From positions 32,001-96,000 of the forward strand of contig CAWKBC010000040.1 in the NCBI GenBank assembly GCA_963847705.1: 64,000 nucleotides of DNA, written 5' to 3'. Every line of letters begins with the position of its first letter. Position 1 is the stretch's first letter. This document shows positions 26,648 through 36,069 of this stretch, piece after piece. The translations under genes were made by a program, and so were the position numbers. This stretch comes from an uncultured Pseudomonadota bacterium (GTDB lineage Bacteria > Myxococcota_A > Polyangia > Fen-1088). The notes below the pieces were generated by a model, which worked only from the letters and a program-made list of their open reading frames with translations, searched no databases and was not told the origin of the DNA.

Positions 26648-28867
26648 GTGAATGACGCTCTGTCAGCCCTGCTGGACACGTTTGAGCATCAACTCTTGGG
26701 CCTCACGCGACGTCAGTTCCTGATCGACGCATTCCAGGCCGACCTCGACAAGGTGACGCGGGGTGAGCCATTCAGGTACCGAAACGAGGTCCTGTGGCGG
26801 ATGTTCCTCGACACGCGCGACGCCCACGTCGTCAGCCTGGCGAGCTGGGCACGCTCCGTCTACCAGCCGGACGGCCTGATCGACCGACTGCGGGCCTATC
26901 ACGCTCATGATCTGCCGACCAAGCGGCCACCGGGACCGCTCGACGACGATCCCTCTTGGCGCGCGGGCCGAGATCGTGAACACGCTGACGCGTTGGCCCG
27001 GCTGTTTCCGGGAATGCCGGGGGCGTACCCGGGCGACCAGCAGTTCGACCAACTCCGCGACGCGTTCGTCGCGCGGATGAAACCCGTCGTCGAGGACGCC
27101 TCCAACCGCGTCCGACCGTTCGACCGGGACCCGCAGGTAGGCAGCGTGAAGATGCTTGATTTCGGGGAACTCCGGGACGCCATCAGGTACGCCGAGCAGC
27201 TGATGAACGACCTCAGCATGGTCGGATGCCAGCGCAAGGACGACTATCGAGAGACGAACAACCCGGACGCTGCCGACGTGGTCCCTGACCTGGTCGACGC
27301 TATCGTGCTAGGAGCCCGCGAAGAGATCGAGCGGGCGCGAGGTGAGCTGGATAGGATCGCGTTCTACGACGAGCTCCGCCACCGGCACGCCACTCACACG
27401 AAGAGACCGACGCGGTTCTTCAACGACAAGATATTCGCCGAGTCGGACGACGGCAGCCCGACGCAGTCCGAGACGAGATACGTCGGGTTCTTTCCGGCCC
27501 TCCCGCTCGACAAGAACCTCGAGCTTGGCGAGTGGGTTGTCGGCACTCCACCGGCCGCCACGCCTTGGGCGTCGGATAGGTTTCGCGAGCTCTCGGAATC
27601 CTTGATCCGCTCGTTCAAGAAGCGAGATTTCGAGGGGGGCGCGATGCTCTGGCACCGGGACCGTGGCTTCGACGGGTCGAAGCCGACTAACGAGGAGATC
27701 GGCGCGATCCGCGCCGCCGTGACCTTCGCGGTGCTCGACACAAACGACCGTCTCCGGTTGACCGAGCCTGACCACGCGAACCAAGCCCGCGAGATGGCGA
27801 CGACGGAGAACGCGGACCTGTTCATACAGCCGATCACCGACGACAACGGCGGGATCACTCATCGGCGGGGCGGCCTCCTGAGGGGGATGCTGGTGGGCAA
27901 CATGAAGATCGGCGGCGCCCCCCCACCGCTTGCGGACGCGGTTGAGAAGATCGACAGGCCTGTCCCGGTGTCGGCCTTCCTCGCGCGCGCGGTCTACGAC
28001 ACCGTCCGCACCGAGAACCGGCGGGGACGGGCCATCGCGACGGCGGCGGAGTGGCACCGAGTGGCCCTGTCGAATCCCGAGGCCGTCACGATGGGCCAGC
28101 GGCTCATTGTCCTGAAGACCGGCTTCGAGGCGCTGTTCCGCACGAGCAACTCCCGCGTTGCTGCGCGGAAGCTGCGGTCTCTGTTCGAGAGCAGGACGCG
28201 GGCGCGGAAACACCTCGACCTCCTTCCCTGGGATGGGCTGCTTTGGTCTCCGAGGGAAAAGAGGTACCTCTGGCGCTGGTGCTGGATCGATGGGGAGCGA
28301 CAGATTGAGGCGTTCAGCGAGATCGAGCACTGGTTCATGGCACTCGCCGACGCGAGGAACGCCGTCATTCACGAGGGGCGGCTGACGACCTGGACCTACG
28401 AAGCGCCGCCCGAGCGCCCGCTGTCGGTCTATGCCGGCTGGCTTCTCTGGGTCGGCGAGCGCGTGCTGCGAGAGGCGATCAAAGCGAAGATCGGCCCGGA
28501 GGTGCTCCTGTGCGGGGCTATCGCCCGGCGAGCGTGGGCTGAGAAACAGTTCGGTGATCAGGCCCGCCAGCTGATGGCTGCGGCGAAGGCGCGTGCGAAA
28601 GCGCGCGCCGCCGCGGGGACGGAACCGGCGAGGCCCGCCGAGGCGCACGCGCCCCGCTCCCTGTCGAAGATTTTGGCCTTTCTAGGCGTCCCGGCGGCCA
28701 ATTTGGTGGTGGTCGAGGTCCTTACGCAACTGGTAGCTGGCTACACACACGGGGCGAGCGCGCGCCGCGGCCGGGTCAAGATGTCGATCACCGAGTCCGA
28801 GTTCCTCGCACTCCGCGCCGCCGGCGCCGAAGACAAGCTGCACCGGTTTTGGTACCCATGCCCGTAG
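26648..28867 (+). CDS. 739-aa multidomain protein with HEPN-like motif (ApeA-like C-terminal part)
   Basis: LKTGFEALF ... ARNAVIHEG (Rx4H). Confidence 0.7.
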   Translation: MNDALSALLDTFEHQLLGLTRRQFLIDAFQADLDKVTRGEPFRYRNEVLWRMFLDTRDAHVVSLASWARSVYQPDGLIDRLRAYHAHDLPTKRPPGPLDDDPSWRAGRDREHADALARLFPGMPGAYPGDQQFDQLRDAFVARMKPVVEDASNRVRPFDRDPQVGSVKMLDFGELRDAIRYAEQLMNDLSMVGCQRKDDYRETNNPDAADVVPDLVDAIVLGAREEIERARGELDRIAFYDELRHRHATHTKRPTRFFNDKIFAESDDGSPTQSETRYVGFFPALPLDKNLELGEWVVGTPPAATPWASDRFRELSESLIRSFKKRDFEGGAMLWHRDRGFDGSKPTNEEIGAIRAAVTFAVLDTNDRLRLTEPDHANQAREMATTENADLFIQPITDDNGGITHRRGGLLRGMLVGNMKIGGAPPPLADAVEKIDRPVPVSAFLARAVYDTVRTENRRGRAIATAAEWHRVALSNPEAVTMGQRLIVLKTGFEALFRTSNSRVAARKLRSLFESRTRARKHLDLLPWDGLLWSPREKRYLWRWCWIDGERQIEAFSEIEHWFMALADARNAVIHEGRLTTWTYEAPPERPLSVYAGWLLWVGERVLREAIKAKIGPEVLLCGAIARRAWAEKQFGDQARQLMAAAKARAKARAAAGTEPARPAEAHAPRSLSKILAFLGVPAANLVVVEVLTQLVAGYTHGASARRGRVKMSITESEFLALRAAGAEDKLHRFWYPCP

Positions 28868-28962
28868 GAGCGTCGGCGACAAAGGCCGGAGGACCGCCGG
28901 TCCGCGCAGCCCATCGGGCCGCGCAGCCGACAACCGAGCATGACGCCCCGGCTCCGACGCCC

Positions 28963-29931
28963 CTAGGCCCTGGACGGAAGCCGCGGTCCGCGGCCGAGCA
29001 CCGCGACGATCCGATCCGTCAGTCGTTTGGTCAGCTCCTCCAGCTTGCCGTCCTCCCACGTGAGGAGGTTCATGTGCTGCACGTCGAAGTGGACGCGGGT
29101 TTCGCTCTCCGGCCGCACCTGATCCTGGTTGCACAGCATAAAGACAGGGAGGTTGAGGCCGAAGGCAACCCCCGCCTCGTAGTACACGCCGCCCCGGTTT
29201 CCCCAAAAATCGGCCACCACGAACCGGCTCTCTCGGATCTTGGCGATGATCTCGTCCGTCACGCCGCCGATGAATTCCTCGCGATCGATCCGGCTTGGTC
29301 GGAACCCGGCCCTTTCGATCCCCGCCGCGATCGCGTTGAAAAGGCGGTCCGAGTCCTTGAACCACATCGCGATGAAGCCCTGGTCGCCAGCGGCTCTGGG
29401 GCGCGCCTCGAGCAGCTCCCAGCCCTTGTCGGTGAGGCGGACCTTGCCGTTGCCGATCTCGCTGATCAGCCCGTCTCGCACGAGGGGCTGGAAGACGAAG
29501 TTCCACTCGTCCCAGTTGCCATCGTCGACGGAGTGGCAGTAGGCGACCGGATAGTCGCGAGACGGGTCGTAGTCCACCAGCGCCCCGTGTGGCCTCCGCG
29601 ATTTTCTCGACTCGTAAGCGAGCCAGTCCAGGAGCGCATCTCGCTTCTCGGTGAAGGTGCGCTCGCGGATCTCCCCCCTCATCAGCGCCTTGAACAGGTC
29701 TTCATTGACGAGCACGGGAGGCACCTGGCGGACCGGAGCTGTTCGAGTGAGGGCGCTCAAGAGATCGCGATCGCCAGGAAACGCGTTCATTCCCCTGCCC
29801 GCGTACCAGACGCCGGTCGTGACGTTGAACGAGCCACACCGGCGGCACTCGACCGGGTAGATGTACGAATCTGACCGACGGCCAAAATCGGTCGTAACCG
29901 GCTGCCTGCAGAGGGGGCACGTTTCGCTCAT
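28963..29931 (-). CDS. Zn-ribbon + wHTH + nucleoside 2-deoxyribosyltransferase/TIR-like protein
   Basis: CPLC/CRRC; LTDKGW; FIAMWF, FVVADF, GGVYYEAGVA, HFDV. Confidence 0.82.
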   Translation of the reverse strand: MSETCPLCRQPVTTDFGRRSDSYIYPVECRRCGSFNVTTGVWYAGRGMNAFPGDRDLLSALTRTAPVRQVPPVLVNEDLFKALMRGEIRERTFTEKRDALLDWLAYESRKSRRPHGALVDYDPSRDYPVAYCHSVDDGNWDEWNFVFQPLVRDGLISEIGNGKVRLTDKGWELLEARPRAAGDQGFIAMWFKDSDRLFNAIAAGIERAGFRPSRIDREEFIGGVTDEIIAKIRESRFVVADFWGNRGGVYYEAGVAFGLNLPVFMLCNQDQVRPESETRVHFDVQHMNLLTWEDGKLEELTKRLTDRIVAVLGRGPRLPSRA

Positions 29932-30127
29932 GGGCGCCATCCTGCACCAATCCCGTGAGCGCCAGTGAGCGCTCCTGGGCGAAAGGCCCCTGGCGCGCGC
30001 TCTGAGGGGCGTTCGCCACCGCGGTCGGCGCCCAGGCCGACGACGCCGACGAACGCTGAGCGTCGGGGCCAGCGGCTACGCCCCCCGATGAACAGCAGGA
30101 GGCACTGTGGCGTGGAGTTCGTGGAGC

Positions 30128-30931
30128 TTAGCCCGAACTCACAAGGATCTTCAGCAAGTCGGCCACGTTCCCGGCCGTTGACGACGGCAACACGTTCTCT
30201 CGCCGCATAGCCTTCTCTGCCTCTACGTCTCCCTGCGTCCAGTGGCTGACGTCACGCAGCAGGTTGTAGGCATCGCCGTCGCGGTCACAGCCGTACTTCG
30301 CGTACACGTCGCTCACGGCGCACTTCTTCGCCATCGCGATGTCCCGAAACAGACTGTCTCCGACGTACACGGTCTCTTCGGCGGCTGAGCCGTTGTGCGC
30401 GATCACGAATTGAAGTGCCTTCGGATCGGGCTTCCGCTCTTGGATTGTGACCACATCGCGTGCGGTTGATACGGGCATTCGATTCGGGAACCGCTCGTTC
30501 GCCGTGGCATAGACTCGCTTCACCAAGGTGGTATCAATGCCAAGCGCTTCGCACCGAGCCGCAGCAAGCGCTGAGGGAGCATCGGTATGAAGGACGACGG
30601 TGTCGCCGTTCCTCTGGAGAGCAGCCCAAAGATCCTTAATTCCAGAGAAGAGGTGATGTCCGGCCCTTCGAGAGGCGCTAAGACCGTCGGCGAGCCCATG
30701 CGCCTCCTGTTCACCGAGCCCGGGAAACAGCGCCTTCAGATCGTCGGAGGAGAACGGAAACTCTGACGTGCCGACGCTCTGATGAAAGCTTCGAATAGTC
30801 CTTCGGACGTTCAGATCGTCTAGACCGGTGACGCGTCCGAGGGTGCTCAAGAACTCAGAAAAGGACGAACTCCACATCTTCAGCCAGTCGAAGATGGTGT
30901 CGTCGATATCGAAGACGATCAGCCGCGACAT
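30128..30931 (-). CDS. HAD-superfamily hydrolase
   Basis: FDIDDT motif I, HTD, RKPDP, YVGDSLFRDI. Confidence 0.9.
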   Translation of the reverse strand: MSRLIVFDIDDTIFDWLKMWSSSFSEFLSTLGRVTGLDDLNVRRTIRSFHQSVGTSEFPFSSDDLKALFPGLGEQEAHGLADGLSASRRAGHHLFSGIKDLWAALQRNGDTVVLHTDAPSALAAARCEALGIDTTLVKRVYATANERFPNRMPVSTARDVVTIQERKPDPKALQFVIAHNGSAAEETVYVGDSLFRDIAMAKKCAVSDVYAKYGCDRDGDAYNLLRDVSHWTQGDVEAEKAMRRENVLPSSTAGNVADLLKILVSSG

Positions 30932-30938
30932 CTGACGG

Positions 30939-32120
30939 CTATGCCGGCGCCGGGGCTGGGGACGGCGACGGATGTCCTTCCTCGTTCACCTTGAGCATCA
31001 GCTTGGAAAGCAACACCCGCAGGGGATAGATGGTGTGGCCAAACTTCTGCGCCGCCCTAGCATGGTCGAGAATGTCAGCAGCGGACCAATGAACGTTTAG
31101 AACTCCAATCGCTTCTCGATCTGCTTGCTCTTTGAAGTCCGAGGTAGGGATCAAGACTGGCAACGACATGAAGCCTGCAATGGATGGATCGCCTCGAAAA
31201 TACGCGCCTACAGCCTTCGCGACAGACGGGGAAAAGTCGCCGTACTTGACCATCCATCCCTCAATATCTTTGGCAGGATGAAAGTGCTCGAAGTCTTTTT
31301 TGACGAAACAGAACGGCGCACCGGGGAGAACGCTCCATCCACCATCCTGAGATCCGATCTTGAGAGGAACATCTAGGGCAAAATTCGGCAGCCCGTGTTT
31401 GTTATCCTCCCGGCTTGTAGCCACGGAGAAGGCACTGGGCATTGCCAGAACGCCTCGAACACCTTCGAGGGTCGTGCCGGTAGCTCTGAACGCCACGTGC
31501 TGATCCCACTGCTGTGCCTTCTCGCTTGGGATGTACCACATCACGTTCGCTACAAAGTCGGGCTTCGCGGTCGGATCCTTACGACTGTCGTAGACGCTGG
31601 CTAGCTTTGCGATTGCCTTCAGTATTAACTGAATGGCTCGTCTGCATTGCTCAGGGTTGCTGGCTGCGCTGAAAACGGTGTGGCTCTTTTCAAACGTAAG
31701 GCCAAACTCGGATAGATAGTCCGGAGAAGCGTTCGTCGCGACTGCGTCTTCGATCTTCGCCGCGGCGAGTTCAAACTTCCTTTGCGTCTTCCGTTGGTGA
31801 AACTGCGACGCAGCGGCCCGAGCAATGTGCAGGACCGAAGTGATCGCGAGAAGCTCCCAAAACAGTCGCGCCCCACCAGGAAGCGTGGGGAACGCGGCGT
31901 CTCCGTGACGCCAGATAGTCAGCCCACTCGCCCAGCTCTTCAGCTCATCTGCGAAGACAGCGCCGACAAGGCCCGCGAGGATCGCCAGGGCAGCTTCGAC
32001 CGCGCCGAGGACCGGACTGGACCACAGCCACTTCAGCGCCCTCCACAGCGCCTTCAGGGCTTTCCAAATCCATTTCGACGCCGCCCAAACAGCCCGGCCT
32101 GCCTGCCGGTCACTCATCAA
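30939..32120 (-). CDS. Membrane protein (about 2 TM) with C-terminal GAF-like domain
   Basis: Hydrophobic N-terminal helices; LPGAPFCF, FMSLPV, IGVLNVH. Confidence 0.7.
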   Translation of the reverse strand: MMSDRQAGRAVWAASKWIWKALKALWRALKWLWSSPVLGAVEAALAILAGLVGAVFADELKSWASGLTIWRHGDAAFPTLPGGARLFWELLAITSVLHIARAAASQFHQRKTQRKFELAAAKIEDAVATNASPDYLSEFGLTFEKSHTVFSAASNPEQCRRAIQLILKAIAKLASVYDSRKDPTAKPDFVANVMWYIPSEKAQQWDQHVAFRATGTTLEGVRGVLAMPSAFSVATSREDNKHGLPNFALDVPLKIGSQDGGWSVLPGAPFCFVKKDFEHFHPAKDIEGWMVKYGDFSPSVAKAVGAYFRGDPSIAGFMSLPVLIPTSDFKEQADREAIGVLNVHWSAADILDHARAAQKFGHTIYPLRVLLSKLMLKVNEEGHPSPSPAPAPA

Positions 32121-32314
32121 CGAGGACTGGAACTGCTGCTGTCGCTGCCGGCCGTCCTCGACGACGCAGGCTTCTGATCCTGATTTTGCGTGGTGACCGC
32201 CGGGAACGAACGCGGACCCTCGCTAATGATGGTCGCCTTTCGCAACTTCCCCGTGCCCACCACGCTCAGAGCAGCGGCAGCCTCCGCGAGCGTTTCATCA
32301 AACGTCTTGCTCAT
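32117..32314 (-). CDS. Small hypothetical protein (65 aa), first gene of the HAD operon
   Basis: AGGAGG RBS; stop overlaps next start. Confidence 0.6.
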   Translation of the reverse strand: MSKTFDETLAEAAAALSVVGTGKLRKATIISEGPRSFPAVTTQNQDQKPASSRTAGSDSSSSSPR

Positions 32315-32332
32315 GGCTGCCTCCTGTTTTTT

Positions 32333-32361
32333 AGTGTACTGAACACTTGGTCAGTCGTCAA
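32333..32361 (-). promoter_or_regulatory. Near-consensus sigma-70 promoter
   Basis: TTGACG-17 nt-TACACT, 18 nt upstream of ATG 32314. Confidence 0.7.
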
Positions 32362-32587
32362 CGGGCTTTCTCAGAACCTCGTCTGGTCGGGTGCTCGCAC
32401 TTTAGCAGACCCGCGGATCGCGACTCCAAATTTAGACACGTTCCGTCGTCGGAGCCGGTGCGCTCGGGCACTTGAGCGGTAGCTCACAGTAGCGGCCCAA
32501 CCGCCGCCCAGCTCTGGCACCGGGTGACGAAGGAGGTCACACATTGAGCGTGACCTCTTGTGCCAGGTCGGGTGCATCATCTCGACC

Positions 32588-32890
32588 ATGAAGTGGCTCT
32601 GGACATGGGGCGGAACCTCATTCGGATACCGCGTGGACGATGACCTCCGGACGCACGACGGACGTCATGTTGGAAGGTTCCACGGGGATGAGGTCTACGG
32701 AACCGATGGCCGGTATCTAGGCGAGCTGAAGAGTGACAATCGACTGATCACATCTCGGTCGAAGAGCGCGCGTCGACAGGGTGCGTTCACTCCGTACGCT
32801 CGGAACGCACCATACTCCCGATACGCCAGCTACGCGGGCTACGCGATGTACGCGGGCTACGAAGACTTCCCCTCTCCCGACGAAATCTGA
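32588..32890 (+). CDS. Small beta-repeat protein (4-fold beta-flower-like)
   Basis: WLWTWGGTSFGY...DGRHVG...DGRYLGE repeats, Tyr-rich tail. Confidence 0.72.
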   Translation: MKWLWTWGGTSFGYRVDDDLRTHDGRHVGRFHGDEVYGTDGRYLGELKSDNRLITSRSKSARRQGAFTPYARNAPYSRYASYAGYAMYAGYEDFPSPDEI

Positions 32891-33434
32891 CGCATCGTCG
32901 GCCCTCACGATTGGTTTCATCACCGCCCCCCGAACGCCTGCTAGCGGGCCCAGCCGCTACGCACACTGGCGTGGGGAGCGACCGGCTCCCGCCGGGTCGG
33001 ATCGGCCAGGCGGCGGGCGATCTCGGCGAGGCAGCCCGAGCACGAGACCTACCTCCGTTCGTTCGTGAACAACGTGGTGAAGGCCGGCGCGCCGCAGAGG
33101 GGTTTTTCGGGTGGGTGATCGGCGGGCGCAGATCGGCTGTGGCTGCCAGGTCAGAGGGTCCCGATCCACGTCCAGAATTCTGGACCCACCGTGACCCAAT
33201 CGGCGATGCTTTCGTGTCGCCTGCCGCGAACACGCGCGATCATCTCCGAGACGGGAGCCGCGACCTGACCGGACTTACGCGCCAGAGCGGCGATCGTGTG
33301 CGCGCTCTGGCCGTGCTCTATCAGCCTAGCCTATCGAACCTCGTCCGATCACTTAAGTCCCCCTTCGCGAACCGTCCCTCCAGGCCAGACGCCCGAAATC
33401 CTTGACGAAACAGCCTTCGAATCCGGCGACGCGG

Positions 33435-33453
33435 TTGCGGAACTTTCGGAACT
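33435..33453. repeat. Candidate arm-type sites, right end of island 1
   Basis: TTGCGGAACT-TTCGGAACT, same motif as 301-320. Confidence 0.55.
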
Positions 33454-33505
33454 TTCTGAGAACGCTAACTAAGCCAGACTGCTAAGCGATTCCTCACCAT
33501 GCGGA

Positions 33506-33558
33506 ATTCAGGTTCTGGTGATCGTAAGATTGTGGGAGTTCGACTCTCCCCGACCGCA
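33506..33558 (+). repeat. att site: tRNA-Leu 3' half (junction of islands 1 and 2)
   Basis: 51/53 identity to 205-257. Confidence 0.95.
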
Positions 33559-33559
33559 C

Positions 33560-34756
33560 TCAAGAAATTCGCAGGGTTGTAGCTGGTTCGGATTCTGGTG
33601 AGATGGGTGGTTTGGCTCGATCCCCCACCTGATCCCCCACTTGGCTGGCCGGAGCCAGTAGGAGGAGGATCTTAGACGCCGCCGCCAGCTTCTCCCGAGC
33701 GTCTACGTGGGAGTAGTGCTCGGTCATCGCCGCCGTGACGTGGCCGGTGATCGACCTCGTCACGATCTCGCCCGCCACCTGACGAGCCAGGTTGTTGAAC
33801 GTCCGGCGCAGGCCGTGCACGCTCACCCGCTTCGTGATGCCGCAGCCCTTGAGCGCCCGACGGAGCGGGAACCGAAGAGCGTTCGGCCGCAACAACCCAC
33901 CGTCCGGTTCCGGGAACACCCACCCTTCCCCAAGCCCTACCGCCTGCCGAGCCAGAAGACGCACCCGATGCTTCTGAAGCGTGTCCGCCAGCTCACCCAC
34001 CAGCGGCACCGTGCGGCTGGTCCCTGTCTTCGTCGTCGACACCACCCCGTGCCACTGCGCCCGACGGACCCGAATGATCCCGGCATCCGCGTCCAGATCG
34101 GCCCACTTCAGTGCGGTCGCCTCACCGTAGCGCAGACCCGTGAGGGCCAGCGTCGCGGCGAGCGGATGATGGTCCGGCTCCTTTGCGGCGAGCCAGGTCA
34201 GAACGCAACCCAGCTCGGCCCCCGTGAGAAGGTTCGGCTCTTCGTCGGTTGGCCTGCGAACCGGAAGACGGCGAACCCGACGTGACGGGTTCCTCGGCAG
34301 ATCGAATTCCTGCACCGCGTCTTCCAGCACCATCCGCAACATCACCAGCGCCCCGTTCACCGTTGCTCCGGACTTCTTGCGCGCGAGCCGCGCCTGCCAC
34401 CCCCGAACATCCGATTCCATGATTCGATCGACGAAGAAATCGCCGAGATACGGCAACACGTAGGTGTCGAGCACCTCCGCGTACCGGCTACTCGACGACG
34501 CCTTGAGCCCGACTATGCGCGACGCCAACCACGAGGTCGCGTAGTCGCCGAGCCGGGGCACCTGGACGTCCCCACGTGCGTCGTTCCTGATTTGCTTCTG
34601 GAGCTCCGTTCGAAAGGACGCCGCTTCCTGCACGGTCCCCTCGACGACGCGATCCACCTCCTTCATCCGGCCGGTCCTTGGGTCGACGGCGCGGAGCCGG
34701 ATTCGCTTCCGTCCGTCGGACAACGTAGTGATTCCCGGATATCGACTCTTCGACAT
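33560..34756 (-). CDS. Tyrosine recombinase/integrase (phage-type)
   Basis: TGLRYGE, TTKT, HGLRRT, TGH, EHY; start MSKSRY or 34792. Confidence 0.93.
   Translation of the reverse strand: MSKSRYPGITTLSDGRKRIRLRAVDPRTGRMKEVDRVVEGTVQEAASFRTELQKQIRNDARGDVQVPRLGDYATSWLASRIVGLKASSSSRYAEVLDTYVLPYLGDFFVDRIMESDVRGWQARLARKKSGATVNGALVMLRMVLEDAVQEFDLPRNPSRRVRRLPVRRPTDEEPNLLTGAELGCVLTWLAAKEPDHHPLAATLALTGLRYGEATALKWADLDADAGIIRVRRAQWHGVVSTTKTGTSRTVPLVGELADTLQKHRVRLLARQAVGLGEGWVFPEPDGGLLRPNALRFPLRRALKGCGITKRVSVHGLRRTFNNLARQVAGEIVTRSITGHVTAAMTEHYSHVDAREKLAAASKILLLLAPASQVGDQVGDRAKPPISPESEPATTLRIS
33619..33642. repeat. Tandem GATCCCCCAC(C/T)T, candidate arm sites (left end of island 2)
   Basis: 12-bp period; recurs at 43016-43038. 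Confidence 0.65.
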
Positions 34757-34958
34757 GTTCAGCATCTCCATCCGGGGCCACAGGAGTGCCATGACCCAGG
34801 ATTATAGCGTCGAGATCTTCGCGTCTAAAGAGCCATATCCGGCCGCGACGACCGGCGGGGAGCAGCGCACCCGAGCAGACGAGATTCCGAACCGCCGAGG
34901 CCGAGCGATAGCGTAGGTAGGCGGCCGCCTCGAGTGTGGTGAGGTACGGTGAATTCAC
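34488..34958 (-). CDS. Excisionase-like HTH_17 protein (frame runs on into the integrase)
   Basis: YLTTLEAAAYLRY...GRIWLFRREDLDA directly upstream of int. Confidence 0.7.
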   Translation of the reverse strand: MNSPYLTTLEAAAYLRYRSASAVRNLVCSGALLPAGRRGRIWLFRREDLDAIILGHGTPVAPDGDAEHVEESISGNHYVVRRTEANPAPRRRPKDRPDEGGGSRRRGDRAGSGVLSNGAPEANQERRTWGRPGAPARRLRDLVVGVAHSRAQGVVE

Positions 34959-35287
34959 GTCGCTGCTTCGAGCACTCGGGCGAAGGCCGGTCGGGTTGCG
35001 GCTTGGCGCGCGCGGACGAGCTCGATTCTCTAATTCGGAGCCGGGCCTCAGACGGCCCACTGAGAGCCGCAAGTCTCCTCGAACGCCGGGCTACACAGCT
35101 CAGGTGTCGCAGGTGACTTTCGAATAGATCTCTTCTTCCCCAATGAGCCAGTTCGCAGCCTGCTGTCGTTCGCGAGCGATGCTCATCACCTCCCGCCATA
35201 CGGACTCAGGAGCTTGGGAAATAGGTGCTCCTTTACGGCGCCGACGAGGCGGCATGATTCCGTCGGCACGCCACGCTTCCCGCAGCG

Positions 35288-36031
35288 GTGACGGCACCAC
35301 TCACTTGGCAGGCGAGCGTGAAAGCCGCTGTCGAGAACCTCGTGAGGAGCCGCCCTCTGACTTCTGCCGAACTGGCGAGGGCTCAACCTCTTTACGAGGA
35401 GCTGAAACGCAAGCTTGCCGCGCCCAGCGAATTCGACCAGGCTCTGATCGAAAGCGCTACCGGCCAGTCGTTCGCTGAGTTCCTGGAGGGCGCACGCACG
35501 GCCGTCGGCGACAGCACCTTCAAGGCCTTGGTTTCGCCCCTGATCGACGTCGGTGGCTGGGCGGATCTCATCGTGCCTGGCGTAGACCGCAATTTCTCGC
35601 CAACTGGGTCGACCTTCGAAGAACGCGTTCGTTCCATCGCCGCAGTTCTTCACCGAGCCGCGGAGACCGCATACAAGCCCCTCCTCCAGGTTGCTTTGAA
35701 GCTGACGCCAACGCGCGCGTCACCAGCACCCCGCAGCCAGGTTCCGAGCACCGTGGGAGCCCTGCTCGAACAATGCCGGGATGCCTGGCAGCGAACCGGA
35801 GGGCCCGTCGGCATCCTCTATGATCGGATAGAGATCGTACGAAACTCTGAAGGGCACGTTCAGACGGAGTTCGACTTCACTCAGGCAACGGTCTCATTCG
35901 TCAACCGGCCCGAAGGCAGGCCACCCGAGCTAGTCGGTCCCTGGCAGGAGCAGGAGCTTGGGAACTACGCGCGTGGATTCCTCGATCTGGTGGCGCTGTT
36001 GTCCCTTGTCTATCGACGCTCGTTGAACTGA
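35288..36031 (+). CDS. Hypothetical helical protein with possible HEPN motif
   Basis: VRNSEGH (Rx4H) in the C-terminal third. Confidence 0.55.
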   Translation: MTAPLTWQASVKAAVENLVRSRPLTSAELARAQPLYEELKRKLAAPSEFDQALIESATGQSFAEFLEGARTAVGDSTFKALVSPLIDVGGWADLIVPGVDRNFSPTGSTFEERVRSIAAVLHRAAETAYKPLLQVALKLTPTRASPAPRSQVPSTVGALLEQCRDAWQRTGGPVGILYDRIEIVRNSEGHVQTEFDFTQATVSFVNRPEGRPPELVGPWQEQELGNYARGFLDLVALLSLVYRRSLN

Positions 36032-36069
36032 CCGGGGGGGAGCCGGCGAGAAATCGATTCTCGGCGCCG

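Larger units (their letters stand above)
205..33558. mobile_element. Island 1: integrative mobilizable element inserted in tRNA-Leu
   Basis: 53-bp direct repeat of the tRNA 3' half (205-257 vs 33506-33558, 2 mismatches), integrase next to the tRNA, mob module with oriT. Confidence 0.9.

Noticed and set aside
32891-33430. Several ORFs before the first att copy
   Set aside because: No motif or clear RBS; left unannotated
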